A stretch of 64,000 bases of DNA, taken from contig NC_135761.1 of NCBI RefSeq assembly GCF_052425735.1, positions 12,400,001 to 12,464,000 on the forward strand, read 5' to 3'. The translations under genes and the position numbers were made by a program. Below are positions 48,394 through 60,700 of this stretch, one piece after another. Position 1 is the stretch's first letter. Every line of letters starts with the position of its first letter. The notes under the pieces are model-generated. The model saw only the letters and a list, made by a program, of their open reading frames with translations, ran no database searches and had not been told where the DNA came from. This DNA comes from Oculina patagonica. Its lineage: Eukaryota.

Positions 48394-48554
48394 CTTTACC
48401 CGAAAATTCTTTTCAACCCAACAACGCAGCTCTTTATCGCACAAGGCATAACACTGTCGCTGAAGAGTGTAATCTACATTGAGAAACTCGAGTACGATGA
48501 CCGCTAAACCTGCCTAGCTCCATACAAACCTCGCTATGTTTATTCAGTTCAGAA

Positions 48555-48755
48555 ACGCGTCATGCGTCACTGCATAGCTCGCGAAATCGCGCGTACTGCG
48601 CGCGAGGCCAATCAAACCCAAATCAATCAATCCCAGGGGAGTTCTTTGAGGGACCAATCACATACGGCATAAAACATTAACAATTTTACATGATAAGGTG
48701 ACATTCGTCAGTCAAACTGAATCAATCCCTTGGGAGTCACCTAGAAACCAATCAG
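48555..48755. promoter_or_regulatory. PSKH1 upstream CpG-rich promoter with CCAAT boxes and paired TCCCNNGGGA sites
   Basis: CCAAT at 48608, 48654 and 48748; TCCCAGGGGA at 48631-40 and TCCCTTGGGA at 48726-35. The region lies 160-360 bp upstream of the ATG. Confidence 0.45.
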
Positions 48756-49930
48756 ATTTTAGAAAATCTTATCCAAACGTTGACCCCCGGATAGAGCCAA
48801 ATTTTTGGCTTGTAATCCAGAGCCGGACCGTCCAGAAGACCTCACACCAAGCATATTAGCTTATTTTCCCGTCAGTCGAAAGTAGTAACTAAAATCATGC
48901 AAAATTCCGTAACATAGCTCATTTTCGCTTTGCTTCAATTCAGTGCAAGCGAATAAAAGTTGATCGTGTTACAACGTCAAGACTTGACAATAACCTGGCT
49001 TGTATCTGGCTTTTATTTGACAATTTATTTCCCCGCGTTTTCCTTTGTGTTTGCCGCGCTCTTCTTTACGACGCAATGTTTTGCCAACTGCATGTATGTT
49101 TGTTTGACAGATGTTTGTTTTGTCTTCTTCGTGCGAAGGAAACATATTTACGAATGTCCTTATTTCCTGAGCTGCCGGACAGGTTTAAGAGCTTTTTTTA
49201 TCGGACCTAAAGGGTCTTGAGAATGTCAACGGAGTCTTTCGTGTATAAATAGCTCACTCTGCAGTGTTACGTTGGGGGATATCTTTTGACTCTTTTGGCT
49301 GTGTTCTAAAATTCCTGCCCAAAACCGGATGGGTCCCATTTGGTAACCCAGGCTTTATGCTCTACTGCGTCTACTACGTAAGAGCTCTTCCACATACAAG
49401 AAGATTTATCGGTTGCTGAATTGCATAGAAATTACAAGTAACGGAGTTTGGAATTCTAGGCCGAGGAGCAATGTTAAAGGTTGCTTTGTTTTCTTTTTCC
49501 CCCTTCTTCTTTTTTTCATTTTTATACGCTTACAGGTTTTTTGACAAGATACGTGAGACACAATTTATTAGGAAAGGACTATTAGAAAGTTTCAATACCA
49601 AATCTTTCCCCTGAGTAACTACATCGTCCACGCCGTGCAGTCGGACATCGAGTCTAGCGTTAAAAAAAATCCACTCGCACGCACGGATCTTACGAAAAGA
49701 GATCAAAAGAGGGCAACCTCTCGTACCGTAATCTAACGGCACTATGCCAATTATATGGCAAAATTATAACTGCACGCCCGTAACTACTTTATACGGGAGG
49801 TGTCCGTTTATATCCTTCAAAAACACTGATACGTCCACTCGTCCAGCTTTCCAGCAAAAAGGGCTGAATTACGCCGTTTCAATGAGAACTTTGCGAAAAG
49901 GTATCCGCATGCGTCTACGGGAGGTGTGTG

Positions 49931-50361
49931 CCCGGGGGGGGGGGAGCACTCCCTTATTAGGGCTTAACGGGGACGTGCGGCCCGATAGGGTATGGTTTTC
50001 AGGCTTTTTTGTCTTGAGGGGTATATATTTCACCCATTTTCTGTCTTAAACAGGGTATCTTTGCATGGACCAAAGTCAAACAGGATAGGCTTATATGCCT
50101 GTAGAGGTGTAACAAACCGAATTTTCACAAATTCTTCCGTATTACTGACTCACGTTGATTTCGGCATTGATACTTAGCTTAATTCACGATCACAACAAGC
50201 AATTAAGGTACTTGTTTATGTCTTATACGGGGTATCAAAAATTGGCATTCTGTCTTAAACAGGGTAGGAAAATCAGAGGTTCGTGTCTTAAACAGGGTCA
50301 GGGTTTAGGAGGCTGGGCCGCACCTCCCTACCCGAAATTATGTCAAGTATCCCCCCCCGGG
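49931..50361. mobile_element. MITE with CCCGGGGGG termini
   Basis: CCCGGGGGGG...CACTCCC on the left and GTATCCCCCCCCGGG on the right, with internal TGTCTTAAACAGGGT repeats. Flanked by GTGTGTG-like sequence. Confidence 0.65.
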
Positions 50362-53300
50362 GGTGGGGTGTGTGAGTAGGCTGTCCGCGGAGTTTCCGAC
50401 TGTAATGATGAACAACGAGTTAAATTCAGGAAAACTACTTCTGACAAATTTTAAAACAGCTCAAATTGGTGTTTGCAATATTATATTCTTAGATTGAAAT
50501 TTAGGGGTGTAATAAAAGCCCAACTGACTTAACTTAATTGATAACATGCAAACCCGTAAAGAAAATAGACTTTCTCTCTTGCCCGCTCTCTTGACCCTTT
50601 ATTTTGTCATATCACTCGTTATTTCTTTACGAATAAAACAGGGAAGGTAAATTGACGGTTCATGTACATATTCTGTTGTTCAAACGTGTCCACAAACATT
50701 TGCGTCATTTAGCACGGTCAAGAGAAAATTTAACGATTCATGTGTTCTTTTCTTCCTATACGTTTCGTATGTCTTCCGTGAAGGGTCGTAAACGCACGAC
50801 CCAAAGGAGCACTGCTGGAAAGAAGGGACGAAAAAAGCTATCCCCGCGCTTCTATTGCTCGGTCCGTTAGGTGCTTTGTCGTTTAGCTTATGTAAGAAAT
50901 CGAAGTAACTACTTTGCTAGCCTAGACTACTGAGCAAACAACACAAGCGTCCATCTTTAATGATCGGATCGTCAGAACTTGTCGACCCCACCTTACAACA
51001 TGACAGACCGCGCACTGAAGCTTAAAACGAGAGGCTCGCGCGTGACCGAAACGTCTCGCGCAATTGTCGCAATGTTTTGATTGCGCTTTGCGTAAAATGT
51101 GACGTTCGTATTTTCCTGAAGACTTGCCAATTTTTTTTTTTATAAAAATAAAGCCATATGTTGAAAGCTCGTACTTGATCAGGAAATTTCCCGTAAGTGA
51201 AAATTAAAGCGTGAATTCTTCAATCGAATAACAACACGCGCGCACAGGAGAAAACGAAACCGTATCGCTATTGATGCAAAAACCTCTAAGAATCTCAGCA
51301 ATTGCTATTAGAGCAGGTATCTATTCTTAACCTTGGCGGCTTGTGAAACCTCATCTGTTGCACTGCAAGTTAACTGAGTAGGGAGATTCATTTTAATGAT
51401 AAAGTTCGCAAAATTCACCTGTTGTACCATGAAAGAGTTTTGCTGCCTGTCTATGTGCGGTAACCCGCCTCTAACTGTTGTTTACAAGCTTAGTTTACGA
51501 TTCCCACACGGAGCTTCCGCCAAAACAAAGTTAGCGGTTTGTTACAGGCCGACTGATGAGTTTCGTCAGTTTTGACGGCCTCTCATAGTTTGCTTATATT
51601 TCTTTTAAGAGATGCGCAACAAAAAAACGTGAGTTCCCACACGAGGGGTCGTGCAAATACATCGCACGGATCACAGATGAACGCCAAACTTGAAAAGTCC
51701 TTGAACTGGCTTTCATGCCGCCAGATTCTCAGAGTGCTGTTTTAAACTAAAAAAATCCAAAATTGACAGGAAGCTATTAATTTAAATACATAAAAGGTTA
51801 GATGTTACTTGGCTATCGTTTTCAAACGTTTCAAAATAAGGCATCCGGCACGAAAAGGTAAAAACCGCCCTTCTCTCCATAAAACTACTTTTCTTGCAAC
51901 AGATTTAAAAGTTGTAGTATTGCGAAATCAAACTGGCCTGTTTCGTGCTGAATTTCCAGTGCTAAAGTAACTGTTGAGGCCGTTGTTCGTAGCAGTAGCT
52001 GGAGAACGCGCAGAAAGGTCATGAAGGGGTGGTCCTTATTTCTAATCGGATATCTTGTTTTATCGGGTGATATGCGACAGAACGTATCCGGTAAGAGCTA
52101 ACCACGAGTAACAGATAACTAAATTCTTCGAACTGCCATTCTGTTTTCAATCGTGGAAACGTTCCAGGGTCAGTGAATAAAAATCGAAAAAAAAAAAATC
52201 AGCCCCAAAGTGTAAATATTGAGACCTAAAAATGCATTTTTGAAATTAACCCCATGAACTGTTTTGATATCTAATATTTTGTTAGCATAGATTTTCGGAC
52301 ACAAGTACTTCCGTAGAAAAACATTCTAAATTTCAAACATTTTCTCTCCTTTCCAGGATACACTATATCATTTTCCCTGCAATTAAGTAACAATTTAACA
52401 ACTCAAGACAAACAGAAAAGTACTTGTACTAATATTTTGCTATGTGATATTTTCTGCCCGGTGGATTCATAAGTGTCCCTCATTCTTTCTTGGTATAGGC
52501 CCGTCCGCATCCTTAAAAGCGGAATTTTTGAATAAAACGTGATATCAAATATTGGAGTTTTTGAAAACACTACAAAACGTACTTTAATCTGAACCTTTCA
52601 ACCAGGCAGTAAAATAAGGTGTAACCCATTTTTGTTTATAAACTTTCTGTTTCCTTCGAAAGAAGTCAAACGCATTTTCAGCCTTGACTCCCCGACGACC
52701 CACCTATTGTGGAACGCTCGAAGTTTTCTAAAATAGTATGAAAAGGAAGTACACAATATTTTCTGCATTTCATCAGGCAAAAAGCGAGAAAAGTGATTTA
52801 TTTTTCCGCACTGTTTTCAGCGATGAGAGTAAAAGTAGCTTGTCTAGCACTTGAAATGGCAGTCGCAAAGAGGGAGTTTAGCTTCTGCTACCAAAAGATT
52901 CCACGGCAGTTCTACTAGTCCGTGCCAAGACTTATTTAATGGTTTTTACGTATTTTTGTACGTACGACGTGCAGGTATTCCACGCTAGATAAATTATACT
53001 GTTATATATGGGCACATTGTTTTTCACACGTCTCGTTTGTTGAAGAGTTCGTATGGTGTTGGACCAATCACGATCGACCATGGTATTTTTGTTTTATTTG
53101 ACCGTCCATGCAGCTATAAGCCGTTCCGAACACTACACACATGTTCAACAATATTGGAAGCATGCAAAAATGAAGCTAATTAGCGTCCTTCACAATGTGG
53201 AGTTACTCATTAAACAGTACCGTTTCGCTTTCCCCACTCTCACTTAAGCAACTGAAGAAAGTGGAAAGAAAAGTAAAGTTTGTTGAAGTTACCATGAGTT

Positions 53301-55902
53301 AGACACATAACTGACAGGGCCTTAAAGACGATCAAAGTTACTTTAAGTGCCAAAATCTTTTTATATTTCAAGCAATACAAAGTTCACGTCAGGTTCATGT
53401 TTTCAAGTCACGTTTGCACATTGCCTTGTTCTTGCTATTCGATGTATTTGTTCTCCATCATTCAATATTTTTTTCTGAATATCTGTCATTTTGATATGTT
53501 ACATGTATACATAAAACTATGTTATGTTACATGTATACTGTGTTATGGTCTGAAGAGGACGTTAAAAACCCCACACGCTTATCGGAAAGAGTAGGGCACG
53601 AAGTTCCCGGTGTTGTTGTCTGGACTTTGCCTGAAGTCATGTCAAGGTTGGGGTGTGAATTATAGGAGACATTACCTGATTAAGGCACTTTATAAATCCG
53701 AGGGTTAATAAAGTATTCTCGAAAGTATTCGTGCAGTTCACTTCGTACTGCTAACTGAGCTTTTCATGATAAAAGTTAATTTTTTTAGATCGAGCCGTGG
53801 CCAATTGTTATCAGACATGTATTTATTAATCTCTATTTCTTGAAGCGTCTGTGGTTATGAATGGGAAGTATCGTTGGCTATTTTCTGACGCCATTACAGT
53901 CATAAGTTGCCAGCTAAATTCCGCTATTAAATCGAAAGCGGTATAGTTCACAAAGTTTGGCAACCGGGAGAAAGTTTTGAAAGCCGACGTGTAGAACTGG
54001 TTTTGGCAGTCAGTCAACATTCAAAATCTCAGAAAGAGGACTTGTCACGTGACATTGTATATTGTTGGCCTCAGAACAGTTCTCCCTGAATCTTCGCTTT
54101 TATTTTTCTCTTCAGTTCCCTAAACGTTTAATCTACTTTTCTCTCAGTCTTTTTTCAGCTTTCTTGGCTAGCAAGTTTTCTCAGTTTAAAATACATCGGT
54201 TATTTCTATTACGTTTCCTTTGTGCTCTCTTGGTAAAATTTACCAGGCGGTGATGGAAAAAAAAGTTGTTGGCGGTCTTATTCTTGCCAGGGACATCCTT
54301 TCGGTGCTGGTTAATTCCGGTTTAACATGGCAGTAACAATGAAACACTGCGGCGGGTGGGAAGGGCTGGTTTTGCATCGGAAACATTTGGCGGTCATTAT
54401 GATCGTGTATAAAGCTGGTTTTGGCAGCCAGTCATTGTTGGTAGTCATTAGAAATATTAAAGTTTTTGTTTTTTGATTCCGACTTTTTTGCGCACTTTGG
54501 GCACGAATTTTCCGGTAATTGGACTTTTGAGATGACGATATTTCATAATAAAAGAGGGGCCTGAAGGAGTATGGTATGGTTTGGTATGGTTTGGTATGGT
54601 ATAGTATTTAAAGTCGTAGACGTTGGGAGTGGTTGCTCAATCTCCCGAGCCCGGGCACATGTTAACAACGCACGACTATTCATGAGGGTGCAAACCAATC
54701 CCAGCACAGTATTCAGATCACATGTACACAACTGTAAACCCCAATTCAAATCAAACAATAGAATCAACTCTTGATGCAAACTCCTGCTCAGCTTATTAGT
54801 ATTCATTAACTTTTGATACAGATCTCTACCGAATCGCATAACAATACTTTGCATTCACAAGTAGAATAAAATATTCACGTCCAATTGTAAATGCCGCCAT
54901 TGTAAACGCCCATACAGATCTCCCCGGCTCATATTTTATCTACTACATAGAACTTGGACTGGGATTTGGAAAATCAGAAAAACAATGGGCTAGGAAATGG
55001 GACTCTCATAAAAAGATAGCACCTTGTTGCTGGCACAGACATTCCCTAAGACGATCTTGGTTCTGAAAATGGAATGTTAACGATTACACCACTTGGAGTC
55101 AATGGAGTGGTCGAGTAGTACCGTAATGCGCGCCTTGTCAGTAGCTATCACTTGCCATTCACGCAGTGCGAGGGAATTGCGGAATGAAGAATTACTCTTG
55201 ACAAAATATTCTCAAAAGAATCTTATACTAGAAACTATATTGTTTTAAAAATAATATTCGTTATGTCAAGTGACTTTCAACCCTACTTTAGAAAATAGTA
55301 CTCGTAAAATACGCAAAAAGCCACCGACAACAACACTTGGTTTCCGCAGCCAGTTATTTCATGAAACGATCAACAGATAATTGACCCTGCGACGATTTTG
55401 ACGAATTTCTACTACTCAGGGCTTTTTTTTCGCAATGACGTAAACTAAAGCCAACGTCATCACTTCTGGCCAATCACAACAGACGCAGATAACTCAATGA
55501 GCCAATCAGAACTCGAAGTAAAACCTGCAGTCGGTGTTAAGCTCGGGAAAACGTGCCAAGCGCTCCCGATTGGTTGAATACAGAGCAAGTTCCCTTGGTT
55601 CATTGCACAAGTTTTTTGTTTTAGACTTACACACAAATGAAAAACCAAATCAAATACAATGAGCAATCAAATATCGCTGAGATTTTCGACATTGAAAATT
55701 TTCTCACTCGTATATCGATATAACTAAGGTTGAGATTGAAGGTAATACATGCAAGCCTTACTCTACAAACTCAACAAGGAAACTTCATTACTGTTTTGGA
55801 CTGTTTATTCGACATTTTCAACGAAGTAGAGCAGTGAAATAAGAGACCGTTATATTCTAGTATGAGATTAACCAATAGCAAGAATGCGCGTGCAAGAAGC
55901 AG

Positions 55903-56262
55903 TGACAGTTTGGCAGGCAAAAACACGGAAGCCGATCATAAACAAGAAGAGTCCTTGAAAGTTAGGCATGGCCGTACTTTTACAATTACTACTCAATTCC
56001 ATTACGTCACGGATGTTGCTCTAAGAGTAAAAGGAAGCTTTATTGGACAGAACTTGAAGATCTCGTCTCAAGTCGTATTGACAGTTTGGCAGGCAAAACC
56101 GGACGGAAGCCGACAAAACAAGAAGAGTCCCGAAAGTTAGGCATGGCCGTACTTTTACGATTACTACTCAATTCCATTACGTCACGGATGTTGCTGAAGA
56201 GCTAAAGGAAGCTTTATTGGATCACTGAAAACTTGAAGATCTCGTTCTCATAGTCGTATTGA
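55903..56262. repeat. Tandem duplication, 2 x about 176-184 bp
   Basis: TGACAGTTTGGCAGGCAAAA...AGTCGTATTGA occurs at 55903 and again at 56079. Confidence 0.9.
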
Positions 56263-57790
56263 AATTTAAAGGTCTCTACTTTAAGGAAGGAACATTTTGC
56301 TCAGCATGCAGAAAAGTCCTTCATGCAGTACCCCGCTTACACCCAGTATAAAGCCAAGTTTAAAAGGAAAACAGCTCGTACTTATGGTAAAGAAAGGGCT
56401 GAGTGGTTCGGGCGCTAGTCTTGTAATACGGAGGTCCCAGGTTCAACCCCTCCACTAGCAGGATTTGTTCTCAGTCGTCACGAGTTAAAATCCTCGATCA
56501 CGCTTTGTATAAGGCCAACTGGTCTGCCTTCTCCTGCCAGTTGGGATTTTTAACCATATTTTATTTATTTTAAATATTTGTTTCCACTGTATGAGTGCCA
56601 TGCCTAAAAGCTAGCTATCTTGATCGAAGCTAAGTTCATCATGATGACCAATACAAAAATATTCATTTTTTTTGTTTATTGACACGGGATATAAAACTGG
56701 AACAAGCTTTGTTACATCGGTGCAGGCCTGCTCTTTGTAAACAATGTTCTTGATAAAAACAAGTGTGAAAGATGGCTCCACCCTGTGGCTATAAAACACG
56801 AGATAAATTAAACACTTATGCACAACAGTACGATAAAATTAAGTGCAAAATAAATTCTATTTGTATGTACAATAATTTCCGCCTCTCTAGTTTTGATATC
56901 TAAACAACATTGTGTGTGTCTTGCACTGCTAGACGTAATCTCTCAACCCACCACAATTTGGAAATATTAAAGGAATAGTCCTGGAAATTGTTCTCAGGGA
57001 AGACCCCTCTCGATTCTTAGGGCTTGTAGAGCTGATGAACGACGTGAAGAAGAGTATATGGGCACGAATTTTAGTTGAGACCAAGAAAAAAATTCTTGTT
57101 GAGACGTAACATGATGTTTTGTTTGAAGAAACTCAGTATGGGTGTCAAAATGGCGACCTGAGGATGTGCGGGTGGGTCCTGACCCAGAAATCAGTCACCC
57201 AATTCTCCTTACTAATCGCCATACATTTCTTTTACTTTTAATTCAAAGGATTTGGTGGTATGTCAGCGGACACTGGATTGTGGCGACCTCCCCTTAATTC
57301 TCGTTGCTTGCCTAGCTGACCATTCGTCGATACTCTAAGAAAAACTTTTGGTTACTAAATTAACCTAATGGGGTGATAAAAACAGCCTTTTCTGTGAGTC
57401 TCCGCACTGCCTGAAGGAATTAGAAGCTTTTTTAATGATGGGTGGTCCCGGCGCGTTTATTTTCTGTAACATTCTTTCATCTTTTGACGCCCACTTGTAA
57501 GCCTGACGTACATAACCTTCGGCATCAACAAGGAAACGTCACGAGTTTCCCGCGCAAACACGCACACGGAAACCGGCTCTACTTCCTCACGTACTGAGCC
57601 ACAAAACAACACTGCAAAGATTCTACAGCCACACTGGTTATACCCAGCATCAAACATTAACAAGCTTAGCAAGCAACTTAAATGCCCGCAGTTTTCTTTC
57701 ATCGTTTGATGTTTCTTCCTTGAGGCGATTTTCTTTCTTCGCGGGTGTTTCTTGTGAGAACTTCCGTAGCCGCTGTCAACAGGTGCACTG

Positions 57791-60700
57791 TTACGTTTCT
57801 TTCCGGTCATTGCTTGGTTTCTCATAAGGCTTGCTGCCGTGTGCTTTAAGCTTCTCCACGGCTCCTGAGACAGCCTGGCAGGGGAAAAAACAAACGTCAA
57901 GATCAATTTGTAACTTACTTCTAAGTGCATTTTTAATACGTGATTTCCTTCCGGAATTAACATTGCAACAACACGACAATGCTGTCGTTCAGCTTTCAGT
58001 TTGTAAAGTTAAATAGCGCAGGGAATTTGACCAGTATAAATAGAGAACGTATGTAAACTATGTGTAATAATCACTAATGTTATTATATATCATGCCTGCT
58101 TCAGCTCGACCTTGAACTGAGCTGGCATTATCCTAAAACCAAGGTTAAGGTTGGTAAAAGGCGGAACTGAAATAATCACATGATTTTAATACTCTGACTC
58201 ATCTCGAGTTTCTTTGAACGAACAGTCACCGGCCGAAGGTGTAGCCGAGTTCAGTATCACAGGTTTAGAGAGCGAGTAGGGTAAATTGAGTGTTCCCTTG
58301 GTTTCCCTCACAAATAATGATTAAAACTGACACATTATGTAAAATAGTAGAGAGAACCTTGATGTAACAATGGCTAAGTCTGTGGAAAAAATTTAAACGT
58401 CAGTTCCGTTACGCAAGTAGTTTCAGACGTTTTCTGGCGACCTGCATGAGTAGAGCTAAACAACGTCTGTTGACTCAGACGCATGCCATACATAATTTTT
58501 TCTCTGATTCCTATTTTTACGCACGCAAAGACAGGGAATTGACGACCGTTTGCGCGCGAAAAATTGGGGCACGCAAAAGTGGAAGCCAGTTAAAGTTCAC
58601 GTCCGTACACAGGTAAAAATTAAGCGTCATGAGATAAGAGAAAAAGAAACGGCTAAATTTTTTAAATTAGGAATAAAAGTGGTTTAATTAACTTTTCAAG
58701 TTGAAAAATAATGTAACGCGCGCGATTGTCGACAGCCGCTGGGTTATGCTAATTGTCATTAGCATAATCCAGCGTCTGACTATGGGCAAAACGCGCAATT
58801 TGATTGGCTCCACAGGTGCCGTCAAAGTTTATAAAGCAAAGCAAAGTTTGTAAAGGATAAAGACATTCTTGAATAAGGATTTCAGTATATAAGGCTTTGC
58901 CGGTCAACAGTCGCAAATACTCTGAATCGAGTCCTTTGTCCCAGCATAATAGTGTCAAAATAAGAGTTCCAGTTATACGGGGGCAAAGGACTTGATTGGT
59001 AAACTGGCGCAGGGAGCACCTGACCAAGGATCGTACGTTTGCCTAACTGTGTCCGTCTCTGCAGCACTGGGAGTTGTGCAAAGTAGCACTAAGGGTTACT
59101 TGCTGCAATTTTTAGCACCGTTACGTTTTGTAACATATGTGGGATTATTTAGACTGCTTAGCACGCGTTAACCGGGCGGGGATAGGCTTGCAAAGTAGCA
59201 GGTTAATGAAATCTCAAATTACTTTTTTACGCGCGTGAATTACGCAACCGTTCCAGTTCACTGACATCGTCTACGGACTTTCTGAGCTGAGGCAAAGTGT
59301 TCGGAATATTGCCTAGTGCAACATATCCATACATGGCACTACAAAAACATTAGCCATTGCGAGAACACTGCTTCTATAGACTGTTGTCAACCACGTGAAA
59401 TAAAACAACAAGAAAGTCAATATTGCGGAGCCAAGCAGAAAGAACCCATTTGCCAAAATTTTAACTCTTCAGTCTCCCTTCTAACCAGAAATTACCGAGA
59501 AAAGAATATTTAGAAATGAAAGCATGCGTGCGTTATGTTGATGAACCGGCATTTTAGTCCTTTAAAGCAGATTTCAATATCGTCATCATTATTTCGAAAC
59601 TCTTTCGATATCAGCTTTAAATTTTTACAATACCTGAAAATTTAAAATAGCGCCTTAATATTGTCCCTTGTGATATTTTAAGAGACGCGCCGAGAAGCCT
59701 CGTCAGAAGTTTGGAAACGCTCCGAACATTTCCGAAACGATTTGTATGGTCAGAAACTTTGACGAAATCCTCTAAACCTGTTAAGCTTAATTAAAAGTCT
59801 TGAAAGCTTTCTAATAATTGGAAGATAATGATATTGATATGATAACGATAATGGAATTTAATGACGTTCCGGATATAAGGGATCGCGGAGCATAACTTAA
59901 CAGGAAAATAAAAAAGAATTAAGGGAGATTCAAAGATTAGTAGATGAAGGTAGCGAAATATTTACGAGGATTTAATTACAAGCATTACTAATTTAAATGT
60001 GTATATAAATAATTGCTGTCGGGCCTAAGTTTCCGGAGGCAAAGTTATACATGTGGCGCAGGGGCGCGCGCGCGTTTGCTTAATATATTGCGTGTTAAAC
60101 GCGCGTGTATAACTGAGCACGACCGCAACGCGCGAGGAAGGCACTAAAAGAACGTTCGCTTCTCAGTCATTCTGACTCGCGCTTCTCGCACGAGATACCA
60201 ACCTCACGGTCGCTCTCCGGTAAACCGGAGATAAACTGGCCACTCTGCTCGCACAGATTCTATTCAGCCTCCACCATTCTCTCTGCCATCTAAGTTCGGA
60301 CATTTCGCATGTTGAAAAGAAATCCTCGCCCATCCTTGAGCGTTTGCTTTACTGAGGTCTTAACCTGCCACAAATGCTTATTAAAATTATCGGTGCTTTC
60401 TAGTTATTCTATCATTCTTTTGTTTGTTTGGAGTGAAATTTATTAGTTGAACTTAAAGAATCCTAGTCAGCCTCCGCCATTTTCGATGTCATAGAAATTT
60501 GGCGAAGCGAAATCTTATTGCACTTGAAGTCTTTTTAATTACTTTAAGCAGTTTCACAGTGATCTCTTACCTTTAGACACGCTCCGTGAAAAAGATAATA
60601 CCGAAATTCTTGTATGTAAACAAAAACAAAGGCGTGGCTAATTAGGGTCCTTTAAGCGAAGGACTTTTTAGCAAGTATAATCCCAAAGAAACCCGTGTTT

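Noticed and set aside
48394-48444. Upstream extension of the PSKH1 ORF shown in the ORF track (MCDKELR...)
   Set aside because: Begins at a non-ATG codon; the ATG at 48393 gives the family-typical MGC..SK acylation N-terminus.
48023-48451. 142-aa plus-strand ORF
   Set aside because: Antisense shadow of PSKH1 exon 1.
51552-51570. CTGATGA next to TTTCG suggesting another hammerhead
   Set aside because: Only a short inverted repeat (ACTGATGAGTTTCGTCAGT); no stem II and GAAA box in the right order on either strand.
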